Source: Dendronalium phyllosphericum CENA369
GTDB lineage: Bacteria; Cyanobacteriota; Cyanobacteriia; Cyanobacteriales; Nostocaceae
Assembly: GCF_016056275.1 (NCBI RefSeq)
Contig: NZ_JAECZA010000008.1
Span: 1 to 64,000 of the forward strand
DNA: 64,000 bases
Direction of reading: 5' to 3'
In this document: positions 63,089 through 64,000 of the stretch, in pieces
Position numbering within the stretch: position 1 is the first letter of the stretch
Layout: each line of letters starts with the position of its first letter
Translations under genes and position numbers: made by a program
The notes under the pieces: model-generated
What the model was told of the DNA's origin: nothing
Database searches by the model: none
What the model saw: only the letters and a program-made list of their open reading frames with translations

Positions 63089-64000
63089 TTAGATTACACC
63101 AACAGCATTTTTCTCGGCGTAGTTGAGATTGCGTTGATACTCAATGACTTTTTGCTGGGCTATTGCATAATTAGCACTAGAATCTGGCACTGTCTTCATA
63201 AGTGCGATCGCTGTTTTCCACTTATTTACAATTATTTTCCATTCATCTTGAGATTTTGCTGATTGGGTTAGGTTGGCTGCACTAATTGCTTGATTAACAG
63301 CCTCTCGAAAATTATCAGTTTTAGGTATAGTACTAGACAATTCTGAAGTTACTGTTGAAGGTGTAACTCCTACGATTTCTGATGGTAGCACTGGAATTTT
63401 TGATGTTATGGTAACGGGAATTTCTTGTTTATTTGGTAATTTATAAAATAAGTAGATTCCAACAGAAATTAAAGTCATCAAAAATAATATCAGCAGTTGC
63501 TTTCTCGGTTTTTTTGTATTTTGATTATGGTACTGAGAAAACGAGGTCATCTGAGTTTGCTGTATTTTACCTTTGTTCATCTGGGTTATACCCATATCAC
63601 CCCGTAATTTGTCCATATATACATCTGTTTTATCAATTCTATAAGACTGGCGCTTAGACTGATACTTTTTAAGTAACGATTTTATCTTTGGTATGAAGTT
63701 TCGCCTAAATAGATATTCAGCTTGATAAAGATATGCAGCAGCAAAAATCCAAATGAATAGTGCAATTTTATCAATATAGTAAGTTTGGATATAGTAGTTT
63801 AAAACAGCTTCTCTGATATTACAGAAAGCTAATAATTGCGGATAATCGCAGGTTGTCAATGGGAGAAATGGCAATAAAATAACAATAGTCACTAACAAAG
63901 ATAAGAAGAATACTAATTCTGAGTAAAAGCCTTCCCATAAACTAGTTGGATTGGGCAACCATTGAGGCCAATGAGGAGATGCTGATTGCTTTTTCCACAA
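63089..64000 (-). CDS. Membrane protein of unknown function, 5'-truncated by window edge
   Basis: Several TM helices in the N-terminal half. The C-terminal soluble domain ends ...AIAQQKVIEYQRNLNYAEKN (DUF4101-like flavour). The N-terminus lies beyond position 64000. Confidence 0.45.
   Translation of the reverse strand: MWKKQSASPHWPQWLPNPTSLWEGFYSELVFFLSLLVTIVILLPFLPLTTCDYPQLLAFCNIREAVLNYYIQTYYIDKIALFIWIFAAAYLYQAEYLFRRNFIPKIKSLLKKYQSKRQSYRIDKTDVYMDKLRGDMGITQMNKGKIQQTQMTSFSQYHNQNTKKPRKQLLILFLMTLISVGIYLFYKLPNKQEIPVTITSKIPVLPSEIVGVTPSTVTSELSSTIPKTDNFREAVNQAISAANLTQSAKSQDEWKIIVNKWKTAIALMKTVPDSSANYAIAQQKVIEYQRNLNYAEKNAVGVI

Overview
This 64-kb window is a chromosomal segment from a filamentous cyanobacterium of the Nostocales, probably a Nostoc/Anabaena relative. 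Three things support that: the octamer GCGATCGC (HIP1) recurs throughout, there are many short heptanucleotide tandem arrays (STRR-like, for example ACTGGGG and CAGTTGT/GACAACT units), and the gene order cyaB1–purC–omp85(bamA)–lpxC–fabZ–lpxA–lpxB matches Anabaena PCC 7120 alr2266–alr2274.

Gene content is mostly housekeeping and signalling:
- Core functions: hrcA, murF, a pyrC-like dihydroorotase, lepB, purC, the bamA/lpxC/fabZ/lpxA/lpxB outer-membrane cluster, sqdB–sqdX sulfolipid genes, and a PSRP-3/Ycf65-like ribosomal protein.
- Signalling: a NarL-type response regulator, two hybrid histidine kinases, a REC-GGDEF-EAL protein, a Ser/Thr kinase with WD40 repeats, a CyaB1-like GAF adenylate cyclase, and an LdpA-like Fe-S protein.
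- A four-gene general-stress island: CsbD, a YmgE/GlsB-like protein, a tandem YflT-like protein and a BON lipoprotein.

I found no CRISPR array, tRNA, rRNA, transposase or integrase.

The parts most worth a second look are:
- 1–3556: the 3' edge of a contractile-injection-system (eCIS-like) locus, a DUF4255/Pvc16-like gene plus a CDC48-like AAA+ ATPase. The ATPase carries an in-frame insertion of a small palindromic dispersed repeat.
- 9911–13844: a flotillin/SPFH gene and a Ser/Thr-kinase–WD40 gene, co-directional with a short gap (probable operon).
- 17923–17964: a perfect 42-bp palindrome in the divergent promoter region of the stress island.
- 21337–21735: a TerB-like gene with two frameshifts, and 30109–30470: a decayed receiver-domain remnant beside two paralogous REC-domain genes.
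- 41465–44946: an RHH/Zn-ribbon – Ycf46 AAA+ – DUF1257 operon next to a Uma2-family nuclease.
- 60440–61699: a solitary C5-cytosine methyltransferase, a candidate HIP1/CGATCG methylase.

Small dispersed repeat families recur across the window: an SDR-like AGACGCG…CGCGTCT core, a ~90-bp element with an internal inverted repeat, and STRR heptamers. Several of them create spurious ORFs or false N-terminal extensions.

All functional calls are based on recognising motifs in the translated ORFs. I ran no database searches.
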